From positions 1 through 64,000 of the IMG/VR virus record IMGVR_UViG_3300032236_000656: a stretch of DNA of 64,000 bases; one strand, written 5' to 3'. The stretch's first letter is position 1. The number at the start of each line of letters is the position of its first letter. Origin of the DNA: a virus. Positions 39,943 through 49,250 of the stretch are shown piece after piece. Under the pieces are notes generated by a model that searched no databases, was not told the DNA's origin, and saw only the letters and a list, made by a program, of their open reading frames with translations. The translations under genes and the position numbers were made by a program.

Positions 39943-40368
39943 ATGAATCCTTTCAAAAAGAAGAAGATGGTAACTGATCGTCAGCCTGAAACTATGCGTC
40001 GTAGCATGATTTGGGTGAAGTTTGAACGTGAAGGCATCCACAAGTATCCTGCTGCTTTGGATGATCCAAAGTTGGCTACAGGCGATGAGTATGATGTTAG
40101 TTTTCTTGGATATCCTCATCGTCACATTTTCCATTTCCGTGTTTCTATCGAAGTATTCCACGATGATAGGGACATCGAATTCATCCAGTTTAAACGCTGG
40201 TTGACAAGTTTATACAATACTGCTACACTACAACTTGACTACAAGAGTTGCGAAATGATAGCAGAAGACTTGTATAAGGTAATTTCAACTCGATATCCTG
40301 GCAGGGCAGTAGAGATTGAAGTAAGCGAAGATAATGAAAATGGTTGTAACATCAAATGGGAAGTCTAA
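39943..40368 (+). CDS. dpdL: QueD-like T-fold protein with LxxxHRHxF signature (DpdL-type CDG decarboxylase)
   Basis: FLGYPHRHIFHF..DRDIEF..SCEMIAEDL..VSED; start uncertain (39928/39943/39967). Confidence 0.7.
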   Translation: MNPFKKKKMVTDRQPETMRRSMIWVKFEREGIHKYPAALDDPKLATGDEYDVSFLGYPHRHIFHFRVSIEVFHDDRDIEFIQFKRWLTSLYNTATLQLDYKSCEMIAEDLYKVISTRYPGRAVEIEVSEDNENGCNIKWEV

Positions 40369-40369
40369 T

Positions 40370-40591
40370 ATGATTAAGAATCGTAATGTTGCTCGTGTGT
40401 TTGACGAACTTGATGCATATCGTGAATTTTGTGTAGAATATGGTTATGTCTTTAACGAGTCTGACCTTTACAAGCGTAACACCGCATACGGACAGTTTGA
40501 ACGTGTCCGTCGTGGGGATCGTGTAATCAATAACTGGGCGGAGGATGCTAACTATGCAACAGTTGCTCCTCGTCGAGTAAGCCGTCACTAA
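40370..40591 (+). CDS. Hypothetical protein
   Basis: ORF. Confidence 0.65.
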   Translation: MIKNRNVARVFDELDAYREFCVEYGYVFNESDLYKRNTAYGQFERVRRGDRVINNWAEDANYATVAPRRVSRH

Positions 40592-40619
40592 TTCTACATA
40601 CTGCCAGGTGAGAGTTGTG

Positions 40620-40646
40620 GGGCTAGTTGTATGACTAGCCCTTTTT
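40620..40646 (+). terminator. Rho-independent terminator
   Basis: gggctagt-tgtatg-actagccc-ttttt. Confidence 0.75.
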
Positions 40647-40660
40647 ATTTAGGAGATAAA

Positions 40661-41449
40661 ATGCAAAAGATTTTGATTATGGGACTGCCTGGTGCTGGCA
40701 AGACTACTTTAGCACAGGAATTAAAGAAGCGTATTGAAACTGAATTTCAAACTGTCGATTGGTTTAACGCCGATGCTGTTCGACAGCAGTATAATGATTG
40801 GGATTTTAGTGAAAGCGGACGTATTCGACAGAGTATTCGTATGCGTGAACTAGCAGACAAAAGTACAATGGATTTTGTCATTGCCGACTTTGTTGCTCCA
40901 CTAGTTGAGATGCGTAACAATTTTAAAGCAGATTGGATCATTTGGGTTGATACTATTGATCGCGGACGTTATGAAGATACTAACAAAGCATTCGTAGAAC
41001 CCAATCTATACGATTTTCGTGTACCTGAGCAAAATGCTATTAAGTGGGCTGCTTTTATTTGGGATCACATTAAGGATAAGCGCCGTCGTCCAATATTTGA
41101 TTGGCGGAAAGAAACTGTACAGATGCTAGGTCGTTGGCAACCTTGGCATGAAGGGCATCGTGCATTGTTTAAGCGTCTATTAGAGCGCACCGGGCAAGTT
41201 ATTATACAAGTACGTGATGTACAGGGTTGGCAGGGATCTAATCCATTTGAAATTGAACAAGTAAAGCGTTTTATTCGTAGAGACCTTGACCCACTATATC
41301 AAGGTCAGTATGAGATCCAAGTTGTTCCTAATATTGTGCATATTGGGTGGGGGCGTGGTGTTGGCTATACAAGTGGTGAAGAAACATTTGATGAGTCTGT
41401 GACTACTATCAGTGCTACCAATATCCGTAAAGAAATGGGACTCAAATGA
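40661..41449 (+). CDS. Adenylylsulfate kinase-like domain fused to an HxGH nucleotidyltransferase
   Basis: GLPGAGKTT, NADAVR, DWDFSESGRIRQ, ADFVAP; C-terminal QMLGRWQPWHEGH..ISATNIR. Confidence 0.8.
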   Translation: MQKILIMGLPGAGKTTLAQELKKRIETEFQTVDWFNADAVRQQYNDWDFSESGRIRQSIRMRELADKSTMDFVIADFVAPLVEMRNNFKADWIIWVDTIDRGRYEDTNKAFVEPNLYDFRVPEQNAIKWAAFIWDHIKDKRRRPIFDWRKETVQMLGRWQPWHEGHRALFKRLLERTGQVIIQVRDVQGWQGSNPFEIEQVKRFIRRDLDPLYQGQYEIQVVPNIVHIGWGRGVGYTSGEETFDESVTTISATNIRKEMGLK

Positions 41450-42069
41450 GTTTGGATTTTATCAAAGATATTGATAAATCAGTTGTAATATTGTCAACAC
41501 CAAGAACTGGTTCTACTGCATTATGTAGAGTATTGTCAGATAAATGCAATTTACTTTACTGCAATGAAGTATTTCATCTTGATGTAAATCCTGCACATAT
41601 TAAATCTTTTTGGCATTATTTTAATAATAATGTAAAAACTGCTATTAAGATATTTCCCAATCATCATAGTCAATTTACCGAAGATGAATTTGATAAAATT
41701 ATCAACAATAGTTTTGTTATCTTTTTAGAACGTCTTGATATCGCACAACAGATAACCAGTTATCATATTCTATCTAGAACTAACAAAGCCTCGTATGGAA
41801 AAAATGAAAAAACAAAAGATTATCTGGTAGATGAAGATGAGATATCTGTAAGTGTTTCTAACATTTTAAAACTGAGAGAAGATGCAGAAAAATATCGTAA
41901 ATTAGCAAATATTACATTATGCTATGAAGATATTATAAATGACATAGTAAACGATCATATTAAAGAATACCATAAGCCCGTCAATTACTCAAGTTTAAAA
42001 CTTAAGGTTGATGAAGTTCTTTCAAATTTTTTAAAGTTAAAGCAAAAACATGAACGCAGCACTTGTTGA
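41446..42069 (+). CDS. Sulfotransferase-like protein (Stf0-type)
   Basis: ILSTPRTGSTALC (PAPS-binding loop), NEVFH, LERLDIAQQITS, LCYEDI. Confidence 0.65.
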   Translation: MSLDFIKDIDKSVVILSTPRTGSTALCRVLSDKCNLLYCNEVFHLDVNPAHIKSFWHYFNNNVKTAIKIFPNHHSQFTEDEFDKIINNSFVIFLERLDIAQQITSYHILSRTNKASYGKNEKTKDYLVDEDEISVSVSNILKLREDAEKYRKLANITLCYEDIINDIVNDHIKEYHKPVNYSSLKLKVDEVLSNFLKLKQKHERSTC

Positions 42070-42337
42070 CCCTTGGTTAACTGAAAACTGGGAATCAGTT
42101 GATTTTCCATTGATAGGACATAAAGCGGGAAGTTGGCATAATCGTAATGCTACTTTAACAGGATTGAAAGCATTACTTCAAAGAGAAAATTTGAAGATGT
42201 ACGAAGATTATGTTATTATTATTAATCCTGAATACAAGGATTATCGAACAATAACAGTTAAATTTAAACAAGAAGGTCAAGGGCTTATTTGTTTAATACA
42301 ATGGATGGCTAGTAACTATTATAAGGAACGAACATGA
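42050..42337 (+). CDS. Hypothetical protein
   Basis: ORF. Confidence 0.55.
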   Translation: MNAALVDPWLTENWESVDFPLIGHKAGSWHNRNATLTGLKALLQRENLKMYEDYVIIINPEYKDYRTITVKFKQEGQGLICLIQWMASNYYKERT

Positions 42338-43416
42338 CAGTTTATCTTGTTGATTTGGAAGCAGTTGAAACACGTTATACAGCACAATGGAAGCAATACC
42401 TACCAGAGCAGATGAAGACTGCTGGAATGGAAGTTGTTGTTATTAGTGGAGGAGAAGTTCCACAAGCAACTACGCCAGGCGCATTTCTAAATTTTGCAGG
42501 AACTAATAGTTATAAGAGTCAGCAACTACTGCAAATTGCTGAATTGTTTGCTTCAGGCACAGTTAAGGAAGGTGATTATTTTCTCTATACCGATGCTTGG
42601 AACCCAACTGTTATTCAAGTAAAGTACATGAGCGAACTACTGGGCATACCTGTTAAATTAGGCGGCATGTGGCATGCAGGATCATATGACCCGCAAGATT
42701 TTCTAGGTCGATTGATTGGCGATACTCCTTGGGTTCGCAATGCTGAATCTAGTATGTTTTACTGTTACGATCACAATTTTTTTGCTACTAAATTTCATCT
42801 TGATATGTTTTGTTTAAACTTGTTTGACGAACCATCTAGCGAATCATTTATGGAATGGCACCCTGACAAGATACACATTGTTGGCTGGCCAATGGAATAC
42901 CTAAATGATATTCTTAAGCCCTATGTTAACACTGCAAAGAAAGATAAGATTATTTTCCCCCATCGTCTTGCTCCTGAAAAGCAGTTAGAGATCTTTCGAG
43001 ATCTTGCTAAGTCTATGCCTGAATATGAATGGTTTATTGCACAAGATCATCAGTTGAGCAAGCACGAATATCATACACATTTAGCAGAAAGTAAAATTGT
43101 GTTTAGTGCTAACTTGCAAGAAACACTAGGTATTAGTGTATACGAAGGTGCTATTGTTGGTACATATCCGCTAGTTCCTAATCGATTAAGTTATGACGAA
43201 ATGTGGGACACATTCTTTAAATATCCTAGTGATTGGACTAGAGATTGGAATCAATATCTACGAAATAAGAACAGATTAATGGAACGAATTCGAAATATTA
43301 TGGGCAGTAACAACGCTGATTTACCAGGAACTGTTAAGAATCTAAATAATGCATCAACAGGAAACTTTTTTAATGGATCAAAATTGTATGAAACAATTAT
43401 TGACTCACAGGCCTAA
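42334..43416 (+). CDS. GT-B (family 4-like) glycosyltransferase
   Basis: IIFPHRLAPEKQ, SANLQETLGISVYEG, PNRLSY. Confidence 0.8.
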   Translation: MTVYLVDLEAVETRYTAQWKQYLPEQMKTAGMEVVVISGGEVPQATTPGAFLNFAGTNSYKSQQLLQIAELFASGTVKEGDYFLYTDAWNPTVIQVKYMSELLGIPVKLGGMWHAGSYDPQDFLGRLIGDTPWVRNAESSMFYCYDHNFFATKFHLDMFCLNLFDEPSSESFMEWHPDKIHIVGWPMEYLNDILKPYVNTAKKDKIIFPHRLAPEKQLEIFRDLAKSMPEYEWFIAQDHQLSKHEYHTHLAESKIVFSANLQETLGISVYEGAIVGTYPLVPNRLSYDEMWDTFFKYPSDWTRDWNQYLRNKNRLMERIRNIMGSNNADLPGTVKNLNNASTGNFFNGSKLYETIIDSQA

Positions 43417-43428
43417 ATAATCTATATT
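43400..43428 (+). promoter_or_regulatory. Overlapping sigma70 (TTGACT-17-TATATT) and late (TAAATA 43414) promoters for folE
   Basis: Consensus matches. Confidence 0.55.
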
Positions 43429-43472
43429 ATAACTATATCGCAATACCTACTGCGTTATCATAAGGAAATTAA

Positions 43473-44156
43473 ATGAGCGTTTCAGAAACTATTCGTAATC
43501 GTATTAAGGCTGATGGCGGCCGCTATTGGGCTGGAGATAATATCTCAAAGTATATCTATTTTGATGAATATGACAGACTAATTGAAGAAACAACAAGTGC
43601 ATTTGAACAAGTTTTGGATGCACTTGTAATTGACAGAGAAACTGACCCAAATAGTCAAGGTACTGCTAAACGTCTTGCCAAAATGTATTTCAATGAAGTA
43701 ATGAGTGGCAGATACAATCCAGCACCCGATGCAACAAGTTTCCCAAATGATGGGACTGATGCATACACTGGTATGCTAGTTGTTCGAAGTGAATTAAAGT
43801 CAATGTGTAGTCATCATCACCAGCCAGTAACTGGAGTTGCTTATATTGGTATTATTGCTGCACAAAAGTTGATTGGACTTAGCAAGTATACCCGTATTGC
43901 ACAATGGTGTGCTCGTCGCGGCACATTGCAGGAAGAACTTTGTAACGACATTGCTCGTGAGATTCAAAAGGCTACTGGCAGTGAAAATGTTGCTGTTTAT
44001 ATACAGGCAACGCATGGATGTTGCGAGAATAGGGGCATTATGGCTCATAGTAGTCTAACACAGACTACTGTACTTAAAGGTGCGTTCAATGAAGATGCTG
44101 GCACAAAGAAGGAATTCTTTGATAATATTAAGTTACAGCAAGAGTATGCTCGATGA
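43473..44156 (+). CDS. folE: GTP cyclohydrolase I
   Basis: SMCSHHH, IGLSK, RRGTLQE, ATHGCCENRG. Confidence 0.95.
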   Translation: MSVSETIRNRIKADGGRYWAGDNISKYIYFDEYDRLIEETTSAFEQVLDALVIDRETDPNSQGTAKRLAKMYFNEVMSGRYNPAPDATSFPNDGTDAYTGMLVVRSELKSMCSHHHQPVTGVAYIGIIAAQKLIGLSKYTRIAQWCARRGTLQEELCNDIAREIQKATGSENVAVYIQATHGCCENRGIMAHSSLTQTTVLKGAFNEDAGTKKEFFDNIKLQQEYAR

Positions 44157-44359
44157 CAAGGCTTGACCCCCCAATTCCAATAATGACTCCAAAAGGTCGT
44201 GCATTAGCACACTTCATCATTGACTACGGGCCAGAGCATGATCTCATGTGGGTCTGCTTCCAGGATGATACTGGGGAATGTTGGACTTGGGAGAACGCAC
44301 AAATTCGTGCAAGAGTAAATCATACTATGGGAAGAAAGACAATATCGGAGATTGAATAA
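44153..44359 (+). CDS. Hypothetical protein
   Basis: Coupled ORF. Confidence 0.65.
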   Translation: MTRLDPPIPIMTPKGRALAHFIIDYGPEHDLMWVCFQDDTGECWTWENAQIRARVNHTMGRKTISEIE

Positions 44360-44673
44360 TGAAGTGGTTTGATAATTGGTTTAGAAAGAAGTGTAAGGAA
44401 GCGTGGGAGACTCGTGATGCTGAGCCAGCAAACCCCAGCACATATACTGTTGGTTTAAAAGCAGTATCAGCAAATCATGGATTAGACAGTCATGGGCTAA
44501 GTCTAACTATCTACGGTGCAGATGGCGGTACTGTAATGGAATTTAGACACTATGATTCCGCAAGAGATAGACACGATCATTCTCTGCATGTCATTAGCCA
44601 ACACGAGAATTTTGAAGAGCGTGTAGCAGGGGCGATTACTATGGAAATGATGCGTAGAGGATTAACAAGATAA
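44359..44673 (+). CDS. Hypothetical protein
   Basis: Coupled ORF. Confidence 0.65.
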   Translation: MKWFDNWFRKKCKEAWETRDAEPANPSTYTVGLKAVSANHGLDSHGLSLTIYGADGGTVMEFRHYDSARDRHDHSLHVISQHENFEERVAGAITMEMMRRGLTR

Positions 44674-45188
44674 TGGCAAAGTATTATTCGACAAAGACTT
44701 ATGGAACTGATCGTGGATTAAGTTGCTGCTTTAGACAGTGGCGTGCTACTCATAGTCATTGCAGTACACTACATGGATACAGCATTGGTATTAAACTTAC
44801 TTTTGAAAGCGAAACACTAGATGATCGTAACTGGGTTATGGACTTTGGTGGACTAAAGCAGTTTAAAGAATGGGCAGATGCAATGTTCGATCATACACTT
44901 GTAATTGCTGCTGATGATCCGCATCTTGAGTTCTTTCAGAAGATGTCTCTAATTGGTTATGAAGGAATGTCAAGTGGTAAACCACACGAGAGAGGAGCCT
45001 TATGCGATCTTCGTATTGTTCCAGGTGTTGGCTGCGAGTTATTTGCTAAGATGTGTTACGATGCCATGGCAAGACTACTAGATCAGTATAAAGTTGCGGG
45101 CGGACGTTATCCCGTAGGCGAGACTGTTAGACTTAAGAGTGCTGAAGTATTTGAACATGCTGGTAATTCAGCAATCTATGAGGGCTAA
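44673..45188 (+). CDS. queD: 6-carboxytetrahydropterin synthase
   Basis: HCSTLHGY, WVMDFG, FDH, GCELFA, EVFE. Confidence 0.9.
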   Translation: MAKYYSTKTYGTDRGLSCCFRQWRATHSHCSTLHGYSIGIKLTFESETLDDRNWVMDFGGLKQFKEWADAMFDHTLVIAADDPHLEFFQKMSLIGYEGMSSGKPHERGALCDLRIVPGVGCELFAKMCYDAMARLLDQYKVAGGRYPVGETVRLKSAEVFEHAGNSAIYEG

Positions 45189-45189
45189 A

Positions 45190-45777
45190 ATGGCTAAGAT
45201 TAAGAGTGCTCGTCCTAAAAATATTATAGGAAGCGTAATTGATCCAATTGGCAACGGTGACGGACGATTTGGTAGAGCAATCCAAGAAGAGTATGATAAA
45301 GCGGGTATTAGAACAAATCGAGGTTCAGGTCCTGATTTACCGCAGTACAATACTGAAATCAAATCAAGGAAGAAGAATACTTGGGCACCTGCTACTATTG
45401 GAACTGCACCAATTAAGCAAATTATTGCTACTAATGGGGAAGTCTTTCTAACTAAATTAGACCAGTGGGACTTACATGTTTTAGATGATGAGCCTCTTGA
45501 ATTAATCGAAACAGTTGTTTGTAAAATAGAAATCTTAGATTGGAAACCAATACATTCTTTTCTGAAGGATGAACTAAAAGATCTTGCTAATCAATTGGCT
45601 AATAATCCGCCGTTAACTAATTGGGTTCTTGCACAAACACAATTTTTTAGAATTGAACGTGTTAAAGAATTTGATGATAAAAGTGGTAAGTTGCGTGTTA
45701 ACGGAAACAAATGGAATAATATTCTAGCAATGCTAAAGTCTGCGCAGCAGTACAATAATCTATTTGAGGAAATTTAA
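45190..45777 (+). CDS. Putative PD-(D/E)xK nuclease
   Basis: GRAIQEE...GPDLPQYNTEIKSR. Confidence 0.45.
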   Translation: MAKIKSARPKNIIGSVIDPIGNGDGRFGRAIQEEYDKAGIRTNRGSGPDLPQYNTEIKSRKKNTWAPATIGTAPIKQIIATNGEVFLTKLDQWDLHVLDDEPLELIETVVCKIEILDWKPIHSFLKDELKDLANQLANNPPLTNWVLAQTQFFRIERVKEFDDKSGKLRVNGNKWNNILAMLKSAQQYNNLFEEI

Positions 45778-46604
45778 TGTTTGGTAAAAACGAAATTGTA
45801 GGACAGAAGTATTTCGATGCTGCTGGTGATAAATTGTTTGTCACCAGTATCTTTTATACACTACAGGGGGAAGGACCATATCGTGGAGAGCCCGCAGTAT
45901 TTGTGCGTCTTGCTAAGTGCAATTTGGCTTGTAGTTTTTGTGATACTTATTTCGATGGAGGAGACTGGTTAACTTTCGACGAGATCGATTTTCGTATTGG
46001 CAATGTTCTTCGTGAGTATTTTGATGGTGGTGTTCCGGACTGGGCTGAACAGAAGATTGGTCTAGTAGTAACTGGTGGCGAGCCTATGCTACAGAAGAAT
46101 CTTGGTGCATTCCTTGAACGGATGGAAGGACACTTTGCTTTCGTACAGATTGAAAGTAACGGCACTATTGTACAAAACATTCCAGATTACGTTACATTGG
46201 TTGTCAGTCCAAAATGTCTAGAGAAGAATGGTAAGCCAGTAAAGTATCTAGAACCTAATCGCAATATGCTAGAACGTGCTGATTGTCTAAAATTTGTTAT
46301 GAATGCTGATGAGGATAGTCCATATAGTAGCATCCCCAAGTGGGCAAAAGATTTTAAGCAAGTATTCATTAGTCCTATGAATATCTATAATAGCGAGCCC
46401 CAGAAAAGTAAACAATTGCGTACTACTAAGAATGATATTACTTTAGAAGAGCGCAGTGCTGTCGACGAAGTTATCAGTTTCTGGGAAGAAGGTTTGCTGG
46501 ATATGAAGGCCAACCAAAAGAATCATGAATATGCTGCTAGATATTGTGCTCAAAATGGTTATATTTTGAATCTTCAAATTCATTTATATGCAAGTTTGGC
46601 ATAA
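45777..46604 (+). CDS. queE: 7-carboxy-7-deazaguanine synthase (radical SAM)
   Basis: FYTLQGEG, FVRLAKCNLACSFCDT, TGGEP, IESNG, VSPK, LQIH. Confidence 0.92.
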   Translation: MFGKNEIVGQKYFDAAGDKLFVTSIFYTLQGEGPYRGEPAVFVRLAKCNLACSFCDTYFDGGDWLTFDEIDFRIGNVLREYFDGGVPDWAEQKIGLVVTGGEPMLQKNLGAFLERMEGHFAFVQIESNGTIVQNIPDYVTLVVSPKCLEKNGKPVKYLEPNRNMLERADCLKFVMNADEDSPYSSIPKWAKDFKQVFISPMNIYNSEPQKSKQLRTTKNDITLEERSAVDEVISFWEEGLLDMKANQKNHEYAARYCAQNGYILNLQIHLYASLA

Positions 46605-46658
46605 CGGTTGACAGCGTGGGTAAATACTGTATACTAAAAATAGTCCAAAAGGAGGGCT

Positions 46659-46964
46659 ATGATGCGTAAGATTGCTATTGCTATGCTTGGAATTGGTGCT
46701 ACTTTACTTTCAGTATTGCCCGCTGAAGCCCAGTATTATCAGCGTCGTATGGAACGAAATCGTCCAGCGCCTAGATATTATGCTCCCCGTCCCCATTATG
46801 CTCCCCAGAGAAATTGGGTTCCATATGCTGTTGGAGCACTGGGTGCAATCGTTGCAGGGTCCTATTTTTATAATCGTTATGGCGAAACTTGCCAGAGAAT
46901 TGTTGTTGGGCATGAGTGGAATGGTTACAATTATGCCCCCGTTACAGAAGTGGTGTGTAATTAA
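46659..46964 (+). CDS. Small secreted/membrane protein
   Basis: Signal peptide ending AEA; promoter TTGACA-16-TATACT at 46608-46635 with nested TAAATA. Confidence 0.65.
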   Translation: MMRKIAIAMLGIGATLLSVLPAEAQYYQRRMERNRPAPRYYAPRPHYAPQRNWVPYAVGALGAIVAGSYFYNRYGETCQRIVVGHEWNGYNYAPVTEVVCN

Positions 46965-47365
46965 TGTTTGGTTGGTTTAATAAAAAGAAAGAAGAGACTA
47001 AGGTAGAGGAAACGCCTATTCAGCAGGCAGATCCACAAAAGGTTAAAAAGCCTCGTAAGCCCAAAGCCAAGAAAGAAAAAGCAGTTCCGCCTCCAAAAGC
47101 AGAACCTAAAGTAGATATTCTAAAGTTTGATTTCGATCCATCCAATCCTAAACTTGGATCTATTGAACTTGATTGGAATAGTGAATTCGTTGAATTGCTG
47201 ACTAAGCATGGGTATTTTGGTAATAGTGAAGAAGAAATCGTCGACAAATGGTTAAACGACGTTTGTAGAACTATTATAACAAATCAATATCCAGGTATGC
47301 CCATTAGTCCAGCAGCCATTGTTAATAAGAAAGATATTGGTAAAGGTAAGACTGAAATATCATGA
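46964..47365 (+). CDS. Hypothetical protein
   Basis: Coupled ORF. Confidence 0.65.
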   Translation: MFGWFNKKKEETKVEETPIQQADPQKVKKPRKPKAKKEKAVPPPKAEPKVDILKFDFDPSNPKLGSIELDWNSEFVELLTKHGYFGNSEEEIVDKWLNDVCRTIITNQYPGMPISPAAIVNKKDIGKGKTEIS

Positions 47366-48024
47366 TATATGTAAACGGGGATGGTTTTGCTGCTGCAAGT
47401 TATAGTGCATCAAATTATAGTTGGGCAAGCCAAGATCCTGCTTACAAAGTAAAAGGGTATAGTTTACATCCTAATAATCATGATGTCAGTTTTGCAAAAC
47501 ATTTAAATCTAATCTTTCATGAAGATTTACGCAATGATGCCAGTGAACAAAATAACTGGCGTAAAATAATAAGAGACACATTAGAAGTAATAGAAACCAA
47601 TGATGTAAATTATCTTGTTATTACATGGCCTAATTTTTTCAAAGGTGAAATTACATTTAACGATAGACTTATTTCATTTAATTTTAAAGAATCTGATAAT
47701 GTTGATTTACCAATTGAATTACGCAATGCCATGCACGAATATTTCAAAACATTTGACTTAAAAAATGAACAAATTGATTTCATTAATGAAGTTAACAAAC
47801 TAACAGATCGCTTAAATGAACGGAAAATAAAACATTCGTTCATTATGGGAAATGTTCTTCTCACCAATCCAAACTTAAAGAAAGATAAATGGATGTTTGA
47901 TCCATATACCCAAAATATCAAAGAGTGGGCCAGAAATAAATTCTTAAATAACTTTGAATACATTACAGCCAATGGCCATGCTGAATTGGCCAAATTAATA
48001 ACTTCACACTTGACAAACCAGTAA
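47362..48024 (+). CDS. Degenerate SGNH/GDSL-like protein
   Basis: IYVNGDGF (GDS changed to GDG); C-terminal ITANGHAELAKLI. Confidence 0.45.
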   Translation: MIYVNGDGFAAASYSASNYSWASQDPAYKVKGYSLHPNNHDVSFAKHLNLIFHEDLRNDASEQNNWRKIIRDTLEVIETNDVNYLVITWPNFFKGEITFNDRLISFNFKESDNVDLPIELRNAMHEYFKTFDLKNEQIDFINEVNKLTDRLNERKIKHSFIMGNVLLTNPNLKKDKWMFDPYTQNIKEWARNKFLNNFEYITANGHAELAKLITSHLTNQ

Positions 48025-48044
48025 TAGTAGCATATATTAACAAT

Positions 48045-49040
48045 ATGAAATACTTGCTAGTTGACACATCAAACATGTTCTTTCGTGCCCGTCACGTTGC
48101 TGCTCGCGGAGCAGATTCGTGGAGTAAGGTAGGAATGAGTCTTCACATCACATTCAATGCACTGTTGAAAACATGGCGGCAAGTTAAGCCAGACCATGTT
48201 ATCTTCTGTCTTGAAGCAAGGAGTTGGCGCAAGAGCCATACTGAAACTTATAAGCGTAATAGACAAGATCTTAAAGATGCCATGAGCAAGACTCAAGCAG
48301 AAGAGGATAAACTTTTTTGGGAGACATATGATGAGCTCGTTCGATGGCTTGATAGTAACACTAACTCTAGTGTTATTCGTTGTGACAATGCTGAGGCTGA
48401 TGACCTCATTGCTAGATGGATTAGTCTCCATCCTAACGATGAGCATATTATTTGCAGTACTGATTCGGATTTTTATCAACTTCTAGCACCAAACGTAACT
48501 ATTGAAAATGGTGTAACTAATCAAACTATTAGACTGGATGGCTTTTATGATGATAAGGGCAAGCCAGTAATTGATAAGAAGACTAAGGAACATAAAGTTC
48601 CTGGTGATCCTAAGTGGATCTTGTTTGAAAAGATCATGCGCGGCGACGCAACTGATAACGTATTCAGCGCATATCCAGGCGTGCGCACCAAGGGCACTGC
48701 AAAGAAAGTAGGGCTCTTGGAGGCTTTTGAAGATCGTGATAAGAAGGGCTTTGCTTGGAATAACATGATGCTCCAGCGTTGGACTGACCATGATGGAGTT
48801 GAACATCGTGTGTTAGACAAGTATGAACAGAATAAGACATTGATTGATCTTACTTGCCAGCCTGTAGATATTAAGCAAGCCATTGATGATTATCTTATGA
48901 GCATCACACCAAAGAATGTTAGTATGGTTGGTGCTAAGTTTATCAAGTTCTGCGGCAAGTATGATCTCGAACGTATGAGTCAAAATGCACAGGGCATAGG
49001 TGAAATACTAAGTCAAAAACTTCCTAAGGAGATAGCATGA
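48045..49040 (+). CDS. rnh: RNase H / 5'-3' exonuclease (T4 Rnh-like)
   Basis: LLVDTSN, SWRK..YKRNR, EADDLIA, STDSDFYQL, GDATDNV; promoter TTGACA-17-TATATT at 48010-48038. Confidence 0.9.
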   Translation: MKYLLVDTSNMFFRARHVAARGADSWSKVGMSLHITFNALLKTWRQVKPDHVIFCLEARSWRKSHTETYKRNRQDLKDAMSKTQAEEDKLFWETYDELVRWLDSNTNSSVIRCDNAEADDLIARWISLHPNDEHIICSTDSDFYQLLAPNVTIENGVTNQTIRLDGFYDDKGKPVIDKKTKEHKVPGDPKWILFEKIMRGDATDNVFSAYPGVRTKGTAKKVGLLEAFEDRDKKGFAWNNMMLQRWTDHDGVEHRVLDKYEQNKTLIDLTCQPVDIKQAIDDYLMSITPKNVSMVGAKFIKFCGKYDLERMSQNAQGIGEILSQKLPKEIA

Positions 49041-49249
49041 ACGATCAACCATATTCGTGGACAGTTGAACTTGTAACGGATCCTGACACAGGAGCACTTA
49101 TGCTTCCATTTCCTCCAGACTTGCTAAGTCAAATGGGGTGGAGTGAAGGCACTGATCTGTCATGGATTGATAATGAGAATGGTTCTTTTACTCTTAAGAA
49201 GAAGGAAGAACTTACTGTAGTAGACACAGATCAGGACGTGGGATGTTGA
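49037..49249 (+). CDS. AbrB/SpoVT-like small protein
   Basis: LMLPFPPDLLSQMGWSEGTDLSW. Confidence 0.6.
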   Translation: MNDQPYSWTVELVTDPDTGALMLPFPPDLLSQMGWSEGTDLSWIDNENGSFTLKKKEELTVVDTDQDVGC

Positions 49250-49250
49250 T

